In this document: positions 21,136 through 30,075 of the stretch, piece by piece
How positions within the stretch are numbered: position 1 is the first letter of the stretch
How the letters are laid out: each line of letters starts with the position of its first letter
NCBI GenBank assembly: GCA_029856155.1
Contig: JAHQWL010000021.1
Coordinates: 1-55,527 of the forward strand
Direction of reading: 5' to 3'
Length of the DNA stretch: 55,527 nucleotides
From: Promethearchaeia archaeon
GTDB taxonomy: Archaea > Asgardarchaeota > Lokiarchaeia > Sigyniarchaeales > SOKP01
The notes under the pieces: model-generated
The model's database searches: none
Told to the model about the DNA's origin: nothing
The model's input: only the letters and a program-made list of their open reading frames with translations
Made by a program: the position numbers and the translations under genes

Positions 21136-21831
21136 TTAACCATAAAATAGTTGATATAACTCCTTATAAAGTTCAGCAAGTCGAGAAATTCTATATTGGT
21201 CATTTTGTTGTAAAATGTAGGAGATATAACCCGCTAGTCCTGTAGGATTATTAACCCATTGCAAAAAACCTTCAATTTCTGCTTTAAGATACGGATCAAT
21301 CTTAGGTTGAGTTGATGCAACTTGGTTCGCTACAGCTTGTCCTGATGATTTCTCATATGCTATCTCTTCCTTAGTTTCACTAGTTAATTCAACTTTAGAT
21401 TCAATAAATTCTGAGTGGGAGTCTTTTTCTAACATAGCTGCTGCTCTTGCTACAGCAGGATATGCCATATGAAACCAACCTTTGGCTTTAGGTTTAATAT
21501 GAGCCAACATATATTTATCTCCATCTGGAGTCGCAGCACCAATTAAATGTCCTTTCTTATGACGATTTGTGCTTATAAAACGTTCAGGTTCCATCTGCAA
21601 AATGGAGTACCTAATTCCATTAAGAGTGACAAATTGTGCATTCCCGCTAGACCATTTAGCTAAAATTTCATTTATATCTTTCTTAACATCCCATTTACCT
21701 GTAGAAAATAAAACTTTTCCTTTTTTATCCACTAATGCTACATCTGATGCATCAGGATAGTGTTTTTGCAATTTACTCACAACAGATTTGATACTAACCA
21801 TGATCAGGAAAGCTTTTGTTATTCTTTTCAA
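21136..21831 (-). CDS. Profilin-like domain protein with C-terminal extension
   Basis: 'VALVDKKGKVLFSTGKW...VTLNGIRYSILQMEPERFISTNRHKKGHLIGA' resembles Asgard profilin motifs (from memory); likely start ATG at 21801. Confidence 0.6.
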   Translation of the reverse strand: MKRITKAFLIMVSIKSVVSKLQKHYPDASDVALVDKKGKVLFSTGKWDVKKDINEILAKWSSGNAQFVTLNGIRYSILQMEPERFISTNRHKKGHLIGAATPDGDKYMLAHIKPKAKGWFHMAYPAVARAAAMLEKDSHSEFIESKVELTSETKEEIAYEKSSGQAVANQVASTQPKIDPYLKAEIEGFLQWVNNPTGLAGYISYILQQNDQYRISRLAELYKELYQLFYG

Positions 21832-23210
21832 TTACTAAATTTTTGTTTGGTTATCTTAATCCAATTATCAATGTCTCTTAAAAGTTCCGCCTTCTCTTTC
21901 GAACTTAATCCTATATTAGGTTCGGCTCGTTGATATACATTTATGTATTTACTGAGCTCCCATAAATAATTTACATGTAGAATTTTTTGCTTGATATTAT
22001 TTCTTACAATTTCAAGAGCTCTTCCAATTGTCTGGATATCATAATCTTCTTCAACTATTTTTCTTAATGTTATAAGTATTTCTAAAGGATTTTCATGCGG
22101 AATTAGGGGAAGTGGTTTAATTTCTATAAAAGGGCGTTTCATGGTCCTTAGTTCAAAGTTTTCTTCTTTTTTAATAAGTTTCATGACAGCGGGTTTTTCA
22201 AGTGTCTCCTGTTGATGAGGCTGATAAAGTTTAGTTTTCTTTTCTATACTTGCTTTCTCTAATTCTTCTTTAGTCTGTCTTTTAAGATTTAATGGCCATT
22301 CATTGAAAGAGTTCATTCTATCTTCAGCAGATATAAATATTGACTCTTTGGGCATTTTCTTATCCATTTGATCACCCTCTGGATTAAAGGTAAATGGTCT
22401 ACCAGATCTAAGGAAAGGTGCTGATTTTTCAATTATAGAAAATAGATACATAGGATCATATTGAATAGAAGAATAAATATCTTTAAATCTTAGAATTGTA
22501 TCTCTAATTATCTGTAATTCTGGAGGAGTGAAATTTTCAGTGAGATGTTTAACAGCCCCTAAAGTAATTCCAAATAATCCTGCTGTAGCTTCTAAGAATT
22601 TTGCTTTAGCATTATATTCCATATCTCCTGAAATCATTATTTTATTGTAGGAATCCCTAGAAGTACTTAATAGCATATGCCCATTTTTATCTATTTGAAA
22701 AGATTTTGGATCTCGTAAAAGTTCTATAAACTCTAGAAAAATATCTTTGTAAGGAATAAACAAATTTCTCATAATTGTTCCTTGAATAAACGTAATCTTA
22801 TTTTCTGATTTGAATGACATATCAATTGGTACTTTGAACAATTTTTCACCAATAATTACATCTCTATCATTTTCCAATGTAATATTTATTGATGTAGCTA
22901 AATGGTCATACACAAAATCAGATAAAATTAAACCTGTTAATTGGCGATTATCTGTAATATATCTTCCAGATTGCAATTCAAACTTTGTGTAATAATATCC
23001 TAGACCAAATAAGTAATATAATGTTCCCATTTCAGTTGTAATTGCACACTCAGTACCAGCTAAAAAGATAACGAGATCTTGAGAAATTTTGGACACTTTA
23101 TGATTAGCATATTCACCTAGAGTTGGATAACCAAGTAAATTTCCCCAACTTGGTATCACAAAAAAAATATTATGTGGAATAAGTCTGCTTTTGTTAATTT
23201 GATTTGACAT
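21828..23210 (-). CDS. Hypothetical protein
   Basis: 460 aa ORF, no motif recognised; directly upstream of the profilin-like gene. Confidence 0.7.
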   Translation of the reverse strand: MSNQINKSRLIPHNIFFVIPSWGNLLGYPTLGEYANHKVSKISQDLVIFLAGTECAITTEMGTLYYLFGLGYYYTKFELQSGRYITDNRQLTGLILSDFVYDHLATSINITLENDRDVIIGEKLFKVPIDMSFKSENKITFIQGTIMRNLFIPYKDIFLEFIELLRDPKSFQIDKNGHMLLSTSRDSYNKIMISGDMEYNAKAKFLEATAGLFGITLGAVKHLTENFTPPELQIIRDTILRFKDIYSSIQYDPMYLFSIIEKSAPFLRSGRPFTFNPEGDQMDKKMPKESIFISAEDRMNSFNEWPLNLKRQTKEELEKASIEKKTKLYQPHQQETLEKPAVMKLIKKEENFELRTMKRPFIEIKPLPLIPHENPLEILITLRKIVEEDYDIQTIGRALEIVRNNIKQKILHVNYLWELSKYINVYQRAEPNIGLSSKEKAELLRDIDNWIKITKQKFSN

Positions 23211-23415
23211 ATGTTTTTTTAATATATTAATTGAATTCCCATTTTAAATTGTGAATTCTTATTATTTAATTCTTTCTTGAACTCTTGATTATTTATTCTA
23301 ATATTATCAAGTAAAAGACTTGATCTATTATTTTTAATGTTAACTGTGTAAAAAGTGCAATTGTTACATAAATCATTAAGCTTTTGTTATTTAGGTATGC
23401 TTTTTTGCATAAACT

Positions 23416-25365
23416 TTATTTATGCACTTTATTTATTTTATCACGCTCTATCCACACAGTCATTTGGCTTTTGCCACGATTAGCCCAAGCATAATAGGGG
23501 ATAAGTTGTATTCTTTCCAAATTCTTATTATTAGTATGAATAGAACCTGTAATAATAACAATCCCATTTAGTAAATCTCTCTGAAATTTCTCTTGGAGTA
23601 CATCATTATCGTTCAATTTTATATTAAATATTGATTCGACTTCATTATCTACACTTTCAATACAATAAACAAGTGGACCTCGTTCAATTGCTACTTTATT
23701 GGTATTCTCTTTAACCTTTGGATTACTTAATACTCTTCGAATTGGCATTGGTAATTTTATTTCAATAACATCATTATTATCCCACAATCGTTGGATTTTA
23801 GTAAACCCATTGTGTATCTGATAGTCTATTTGATCACCATTAACTTTTAAAATTGCTGTCAAACTATTAGGTTTTAAATAATGATATAAATCACTTGGAA
23901 CTGGTCTATTCTGTGCCCAGCCAGGAATTCGAATTGCAATGGTAAATTCTGATGGTTGGTTAAGAGAAACTATAATTTTCACATCTTCATTCCAAGGATA
24001 ATGAGTTTCTTGAGTAAGTAATATTTTGTAGTTTTCAAGATTAATTGATGCCTTACTTCCAACGAAAAGATTAACAAAAATACAATTATTTACTTGTGCA
24101 TAAATATAACTCGAAATTTGGGGAAGAAATCGTACGATATTTGTAGGACAACAAGGAATTTTCCACCAAGATTTTCTTCTAGTATTTTCCTTTGAAGCAA
24201 GTGGATTTATATAAAAGAATTTCTTTCCATCAATAGAGATTCCTGAGAGGAACCCGTTATATAATATTCGCTCTAAAATATCAATATATTTAGCATTCCT
24301 ATGTAGTAAAAAGAGGCGGTGATTCCAAAAGATATTCCCAATAGCTGCGCAAGTTTCATTATATGCTTCAAAATTTGGTAATTTATAATTATCCCAGAAA
24401 CTTTCACCAAATTCGTGTGATCTCGATCCGATACCACCTGTTATATACATTTTCTTCGATACAACATTATTCCAAATTTTATTAACAGCAGATTCATATT
24501 CTGAATCATTAAAAAGATTAATAATATCTGTTACAGCGGAATACATATACATAGCTCTTACAGCATGACCTACTGCTTCATCTTGATCAATAATTTTTTT
24601 ATGAGTTTGGTTGTATTCAAGAGCATTTGTTTCTTGTAATTTAGGATTATCACTTTTTAGTTGAGTTAAATAATTTGGATACTTAAGTAAATCAATAGAA
24701 CCACGTATATCGAGAAAATACTTGGCTAACTTCAAATATTTATCATTATTAGTTAGTTTAAATAACTTTATAAGTGCCAATTCAATCTCTTGATGTCCCG
24801 GAATCCCTTCAATTCTTCCTGAACCAAAATCTTTCTCGATTAAATCTGCAGCTTTAAGTGCTACATTTAACAATTTTTGTTTATGTGTAGCTTGAGAATA
24901 TCCTATTCCTGCTTCAATAAGATGTCCCATATTATATAATTCATGACTTAATATTGAAACTAATTCCCAACGTTTTTTACCAGCCCATATATGAGGGTCT
25001 TCCGGATTTATTGTCCGTGCTGTATATAAATACCCATCATCTTCTTGAGCGGCTGCAATTTTTTCAATTAAATTATCAACATATTCTTCGAGTTTAGGAT
25101 CAGGTTTTATAATTAATGAATATGCTGCTCCCTCAATAACTTTAAAAACATCTGAATCATCAAAAGGAAATATCGGTCTTTTTCCGTCATTCAATAATCC
25201 GGCGGCTCTAGAAAAATTGGCAATACGTCCGGTTTTCTCACAATTTTTAAATACATGAGGAATTGTTATCTCATGATTAGCTCTTATTCTTGGAGCCCAA
25301 AAATTATCATCAGCTTTAACGCGATTAAGTGGGATTGGGTGAATAACTTTTTCTGAAGAATCCAA
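23416..25365 (-). CDS. GH127 family glycoside hydrolase (beta-L-arabinofuranosidase-like)
   Basis: HELYNMGH, GHQEIE, GHAVRA, YNETCA, CCPTN. Confidence 0.92.
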   Translation of the reverse strand: MDSSEKVIHPIPLNRVKADDNFWAPRIRANHEITIPHVFKNCEKTGRIANFSRAAGLLNDGKRPIFPFDDSDVFKVIEGAAYSLIIKPDPKLEEYVDNLIEKIAAAQEDDGYLYTARTINPEDPHIWAGKKRWELVSILSHELYNMGHLIEAGIGYSQATHKQKLLNVALKAADLIEKDFGSGRIEGIPGHQEIELALIKLFKLTNNDKYLKLAKYFLDIRGSIDLLKYPNYLTQLKSDNPKLQETNALEYNQTHKKIIDQDEAVGHAVRAMYMYSAVTDIINLFNDSEYESAVNKIWNNVVSKKMYITGGIGSRSHEFGESFWDNYKLPNFEAYNETCAAIGNIFWNHRLFLLHRNAKYIDILERILYNGFLSGISIDGKKFFYINPLASKENTRRKSWWKIPCCPTNIVRFLPQISSYIYAQVNNCIFVNLFVGSKASINLENYKILLTQETHYPWNEDVKIIVSLNQPSEFTIAIRIPGWAQNRPVPSDLYHYLKPNSLTAILKVNGDQIDYQIHNGFTKIQRLWDNNDVIEIKLPMPIRRVLSNPKVKENTNKVAIERGPLVYCIESVDNEVESIFNIKLNDNDVLQEKFQRDLLNGIVIITGSIHTNNKNLERIQLIPYYAWANRGKSQMTVWIERDKINKVHK

Positions 25366-25629
25366 AATATCCCCCCTTTAAAAAAAATTAAAATTTCTCA
25401 ATATTCTTTCTTAAACTCGTAAGTAGAGTAAAATTAGAAAATTTAAAAAAATTAGGATTATGATTATATGAACAATTCAGATAAAATCAAAATATTTTGA
25501 ATTATCGAATTAATCAGACTATATAGATGTTTAATTAAATTAACTTAAAAAATAAAGAATTTTTAGTCTATCCAACTAATTTATTTAAATTAATAATCTT
25601 ATACCAATAAATTGAATGGGTAATGGATT

Positions 25630-26616
25630 TTGAAAGAAAAAGAATTCTTAAAATATCTCTCCAATAATAATATTACTCAAGAACAGGCGACACTATACAT
25701 TTCTAGATTAAATGAATTTAACAAATTTCTGGAAAAAGAGAATAGTGATGTTGATTCATTTCCTAGTGGAGAAATTGTTAAGTACTCAGATATTTTGGTT
25801 GAAAAAAAAAGTGACATCGTATTAGATTTTCTGAGGGCTTTAATTAATTATGCTAATTTTACTAAAAGTTATGATTATATTATTGAGATTATCGACATCT
25901 CAGAATCTTATAATGCAATGGATAATATTTATCAAAGAATTGCTGAACAACATGGTGAGAAACTTCGAGATGAAATATTTGAAAATATATCAATTCCCCC
26001 TTTAGGAATTCATCCAGAGAAAAAACCTGAATTCACTAAAGTAATTATGAAAAGATTGGTAGAAAAAATTGGTGAGGAAAAAACAATAGGGTTATTAAAA
26101 CCGTGTTTGCATGGTCGCCCTGGAGATATCAAGAAGGATAGAGAAGATTTCTTAAGATTAAATGATATTGATGAATTTTTAAAACTAAAAAAGCAAGAAT
26201 TAATTGAAAGACTCCAAAAACATCAAAAGGAAGGAACTCTGGAATTTGCACAGTATATTGATGATGAAGTTATAGAATTCATAAAAAATACTCCGTCAAT
26301 TTCTCCTGGAATTAGAGATGGGAATAAAATTATCACATCAAAAATGCCTTATCAAACAAAGAAACATATACAAGCAAATGATAAGAGATTGAAAGGCTTC
26401 TATAGTTGTTATTGTCCATGGATACGAGGTGCCATCAAAAATGGGACTGATAAAGAACTTTTTTCTCACTTCTGCTATTGCAGTGCAGGATATACTAAGA
26501 AATACTGGGATGTAATATTCGATCAACCAACCAGAGTAGAACCAATCGAAACACCTCTTACAGGAGGATTACTCTGTAAGTTTACTGTTTATATTCCAAA
26601 AGAATATCAAAAATAA
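25630..26616 (+). CDS. DUF6144-like Cys-rich protein
   Basis: CYCPW...FCYCSAG...W...C pattern. Confidence 0.65.
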   Translation: MKEKEFLKYLSNNNITQEQATLYISRLNEFNKFLEKENSDVDSFPSGEIVKYSDILVEKKSDIVLDFLRALINYANFTKSYDYIIEIIDISESYNAMDNIYQRIAEQHGEKLRDEIFENISIPPLGIHPEKKPEFTKVIMKRLVEKIGEEKTIGLLKPCLHGRPGDIKKDREDFLRLNDIDEFLKLKKQELIERLQKHQKEGTLEFAQYIDDEVIEFIKNTPSISPGIRDGNKIITSKMPYQTKKHIQANDKRLKGFYSCYCPWIRGAIKNGTDKELFSHFCYCSAGYTKKYWDVIFDQPTRVEPIETPLTGGLLCKFTVYIPKEYQK

Positions 26617-26868
26617 GTATTAGATACTCTAATTAATATGCTTTTTGTATCAATTCTTCTATTTGAGCGGAATTGAAGATTCTTAATGTAATATTTATAT
26701 TATTAAAAAACATCTATTTTCTTGTTATGCATAAAAAGATAGAAATGTCTTTCTTAGTTTTTATTATTACATTTTCTGCAATTATCACCAGTAAATTTGT
26801 GGAAATTTATTATGAGAATTCTCCAAAGTTATCATTAGTAATAGAAATTGAAATTAGAAAATTTAATC

Positions 26869-26980
26869 CTATGTTATTTCTAATTCCATCTGGGAAATAG
26901 CTTTTCCAGATCGAAATGGAATATCTTCAAGAGGCGTACCGGCTTCATAACCGAATCTTTTTAAAAATTTCACTCAAAGG
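26869..26980 (-). pseudogene. Diverged 3' fragment of the frhB/fdhB-like gene
   Basis: Encodes EAGTPLEDIPFRSGKAISQMELEIT* versus EAGMSLEDIPFRSGKAISQMELEKT* at the 3' end of 28327..29466. Confidence 0.88.
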
Positions 26981-27682
26981 CTCATTTCCTTTCTCATGAT
27001 CTAGAATCTGGATATGGTTTTTGAATAGCTTTAATACTTCGGGATTTTGAGATTTATTATAGTATGCTCCTTGGGTCTTAGAAACCTTAAATGAAATGCC
27101 TTGTATTGCCGTAATTAAGACCCAAAATATTAAAAGAGCTCCCACTATCCATTGTAATATTGAATATTGTACGATGAGAAATATTACTGATAAAATTCCA
27201 GTAAAAATACCAAAATACACTAAGTATTTTTTAAATATTTGACCATTAGAATTTATAGACTTAGAACTTTGGTGCATCATTATACTGTAAAATACAATAT
27301 GGATTGAAGTTCCTATAAAGCCAACTACAGCTACAAATGCATGAAATGTTTGAAAAGCTTCTATATTTATAGGATCTGGAGGTATTCCGACAAGAGCAAC
27401 ACATGCATTAGTAAAAATAGCTATAGCCGTAGTAAGTCGTCTAACACTTTCTTTTATATTTAATAATTCTCTTTCCAAATAGATATAAAAAGGGATTAAC
27501 AATGAACCCCCCATTATTAATCCAATACCATATAACGAATTTGCAGTGCTATATCCTAAAGAGCTTATGGGATTTCTTAAAGGGGTAAATCCCGGGGTAA
27601 GAAAGGCTGTTAATAGAAGAAAAATTATAATAAATAACGCGCCAAAAAAACCAAATACTACTCCAATTCTAATATCCTTCAT
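26945..27682 (-). CDS. DUF998-like membrane protein; 3' end runs into the frhB-like remnant
   Basis: PGFTPLRNPISSLG, His-containing TM, about 6 TMs. Confidence 0.75.
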   Translation of the reverse strand: MKDIRIGVVFGFFGALFIIIFLLLTAFLTPGFTPLRNPISSLGYSTANSLYGIGLIMGGSLLIPFYIYLERELLNIKESVRRLTTAIAIFTNACVALVGIPPDPINIEAFQTFHAFVAVVGFIGTSIHIVFYSIMMHQSSKSINSNGQIFKKYLVYFGIFTGILSVIFLIVQYSILQWIVGALLIFWVLITAIQGISFKVSKTQGAYYNKSQNPEVLKLFKNHIQILDHEKGNEPLSEIFKKIRL

Positions 27683-27795
27683 TACTATCGAAATAAGCTA
27701 TCACAATGGTAAGTTATATATTAAAAACATTTGATACTAATAAATCGTTCTATTATTTATTTATAAAGTGATTAAGGAGAATAAGCAAATCACTT

Positions 27796-27964
27796 GATAA
27801 TAAATTTTCTCTCTGTTTTTAATCATTGCAGTATCGGCTATACTAAGAAATAATGGGATGTAATATTCAACCAACCAACCAAAGTCGAACCAATCGAAAG
27901 ACCTCTTACAAGAAGATTATTATATAAGTCTGCTTTTTATATTCCTAAGGAAGTTCAAAAATAA
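27796..27964 (+). pseudogene. Diverged 3' fragment of the DUF6144-like gene
   Basis: HCSIGYTKK*WDVIFNQPTKVEPIERPLTRRLLYKSAFYIPKEVQK* is collinear with the end of 25630..26616; TAC->TAA at 27851. Confidence 0.88.
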
Positions 27965-28326
27965 ATTGCATAATTACTTAATACCGAATAAAATAATAAA
28001 AGTTCATTTTATTACAAACCAGATTAGTTAACAATCTTTTTTTTAAATTAATGATCGTCAAGAATTCTTTTAATTAAAAACTAAAAGCCTCTTTATTAGA
28101 TTTGTTTTCACCTCAGACCGGTCTTTCGGTGGATCAACTCACATTAATCGGTTATTTTAAGAGCCCCGCTACCTATACAAAGTACGGAATTTGTATGTTG
28201 CAAATTTAACTCCTTTAAATTGACGTATAATACCACCAATTATAATCAATTTATTCCAAAAATAGATTAGATTTTAATTTAATATTGAATAAAACTATAA
28301 AATAAAGAATTTAAAAAAAATTTGGG

Positions 28327-29466
28327 TTACGTTTTTTCTAATTCCATCTGGGAAATTGCTTTTCCAGATCGAAATGGAATATCCTCAAGAGACATACCTG
28401 CTTCAGATTTAAACTTCTTTTTAAAGCTTTCATTTAATGATTGAAAATATAATGATAACGGTAAGTTTTGAGGGCAATTATTATCGCAATTGCCACATTC
28501 TACACATCTATCAGCAACATGAGCTATACGTGTTAATTGGTACGTAGCCTTATCTATATTTTTGTCTTTTCTCTTTTTCTGTAGAATGCAGTCTACACAG
28601 TAGCAAACAGGGCATCCTCTTATACAAGTGTTGCACATAGTGCATTTAAGAAGTTCTGCTATTTTTTCTTTTTGTGAAAGCTTCTCCCATTCTTCCAAAT
28701 CTTTTGCTCGCTTTTCTTTTGCTTTTTCGATTATTTCATTATATTTATCTGTGTGTGCTTTTTTCTCCTTATCTGGAAGTGTTTTTTTCTTGATTCCTGA
28801 TTTATCCAATATATCACTTCCCTTATCAGAATACACTTTTAAGATAATCTCATCTGAATCAACTGGAATTCCAAGATCGCTTACAGTTAAATCAGCGACT
28901 ACCGGAATTTTGCGATAGCATCTCAAACAATTCTCCGCAACAGTAAGATTAAGTTCTTTTGTGCTTCCATCTTCCATTTTGACAATAAGTCCTTTGTCTC
29001 CTACTTTTTCTTTAATAATTTTCGTAGCATCAACATCCTTAATTGATCTCATTTCTCTTGCTGCTTTAGGAAGCATCCCTCGATCTTCTATTCCAATTAT
29101 AAAAAGATTATTGAGATTTACTTGTTTTATTTTAGCAAGTTCAATTAATGCTCTGGTATCACACGGTCGTGCAATAAGACCCACCTTCTCTTTCATTGCA
29201 CCCGCTACGGACTTATGTAAATATTTTGAAGCTGAATCTGTTCTTGCATATCCAAATGCAATTAAAGGAGTTAATGGAAAATCTTTCACATCTTCTTCTT
29301 TTTCTGCTAATTTAGGCTGAACAGTAAATCTATCTATATTCCCGGATTTCTTGTCAACTTTCAATTCAGCACCAATTATTTTGTCTACTGCTTTTTCTTT
29401 TAATAAAGTTGTTAAGATTTTCGGAAAATCTTCAATCTTTATTAAATATTCTGCCATTGCTTCCAT
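28327..29466 (-). CDS. Coenzyme F420 hydrogenase/formate dehydrogenase beta subunit (FrhB/FdhB family)
   Basis: ARPCDTRA, CLRC, ADLTVS, CTMCNTCIRGCPVCYC, CVECGNCDNNCP. Confidence 0.88.
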   Translation of the reverse strand: MEAMAEYLIKIEDFPKILTTLLKEKAVDKIIGAELKVDKKSGNIDRFTVQPKLAEKEEDVKDFPLTPLIAFGYARTDSASKYLHKSVAGAMKEKVGLIARPCDTRALIELAKIKQVNLNNLFIIGIEDRGMLPKAAREMRSIKDVDATKIIKEKVGDKGLIVKMEDGSTKELNLTVAENCLRCYRKIPVVADLTVSDLGIPVDSDEIILKVYSDKGSDILDKSGIKKKTLPDKEKKAHTDKYNEIIEKAKEKRAKDLEEWEKLSQKEKIAELLKCTMCNTCIRGCPVCYCVDCILQKKRKDKNIDKATYQLTRIAHVADRCVECGNCDNNCPQNLPLSLYFQSLNESFKKKFKSEAGMSLEDIPFRSGKAISQMELEKT

Positions 29467-29530
29467 GTAATTCCAACTCTAATTATATACTAATTTTAAA
29501 TATTTTTCTTAAATTTTTTCAAACTATTTT

Positions 29531-29603
29531 ATGTGTTATATGGTGCACCCATTTCTTCAACTGAGTTCTCATTTTTTTAACTCAGCCTCATCAGTAAACA
29601 CAT
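29531..29603 (-). promoter_or_regulatory. Eukaryote-like SECIS element 3' of vhuD
   Basis: Minus strand: AUGUGUU-UACUG-AUGAG-GCUGAGUU-AAAAAAAUGAG-AACUCAGU-UGAA-GAA-AUGGGUGCACCAU-AU-AACACAU. Shows helix I, AUGA/GA core, helix II and A-rich apical loop, 6 nt after the vhuD stop. Confidence 0.88.
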
Positions 29604-29609
29604 TATTTT

Positions 29610-30062
29610 TTAAGCCTTAGCTTTCGCTTTAGCTTTTTCTTGTGTATCGCTTTTTTTTCGTAAAATACTTGGTCCTAGTTCTCGAATTACTTTATCGAAT
29701 TCTGTGGCTACTTTCTGGAACTTTGCACCTTCTGCAGAACTACAAAATTCCATTATTAACCTCTTTGGGTTTATTCCTACTGTTTTAATGACTGCTTTCA
29801 GATATTCAACTAGACGATAAGCAAAATAATTACCACTCTCGTAATCACATTCTCCCGGATATCATCCAACAATCATAACTCCATCAGCGCCTCTACCAAA
29901 AGCTCTCATTACTAGATCTGCTCCTACTCTACCTGTACATGGAACTAAGACGGTTCTTAAGGATGGTGGATACTGTGCTCTAATAGTTCCTGCCATATCA
30001 GCACCACCATATCCTCATTTTAAACATAAAAACGATAAAATTTTTATTTCATTATTTTTCAT
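29610..30062 (-). CDS. vhuD: Hydrogenase delta subunit VhuD/MvhD, selenoprotein with 2 in-frame UGA (150 aa), absent from ORF track
   Basis: MKNNEIKILSFLCLK(U)GYGGADMAG...VPCTGRV...GADGVMIVG(U)YPGECDYESGN...SSAEGAKF; TGA at 30017-30015 (codon 16) and 29864-29862 (codon 67); GAGGTG RBS; TAA stop. Confidence 0.93.
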
Positions 30063-30075
30063 TGTATCCACCTCT

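Noticed and set aside
26673-26900. 75-aa ORF
   Set aside because: Low-complexity AT-rich frame ending antisense to the frhB-like remnant; no recognisable features
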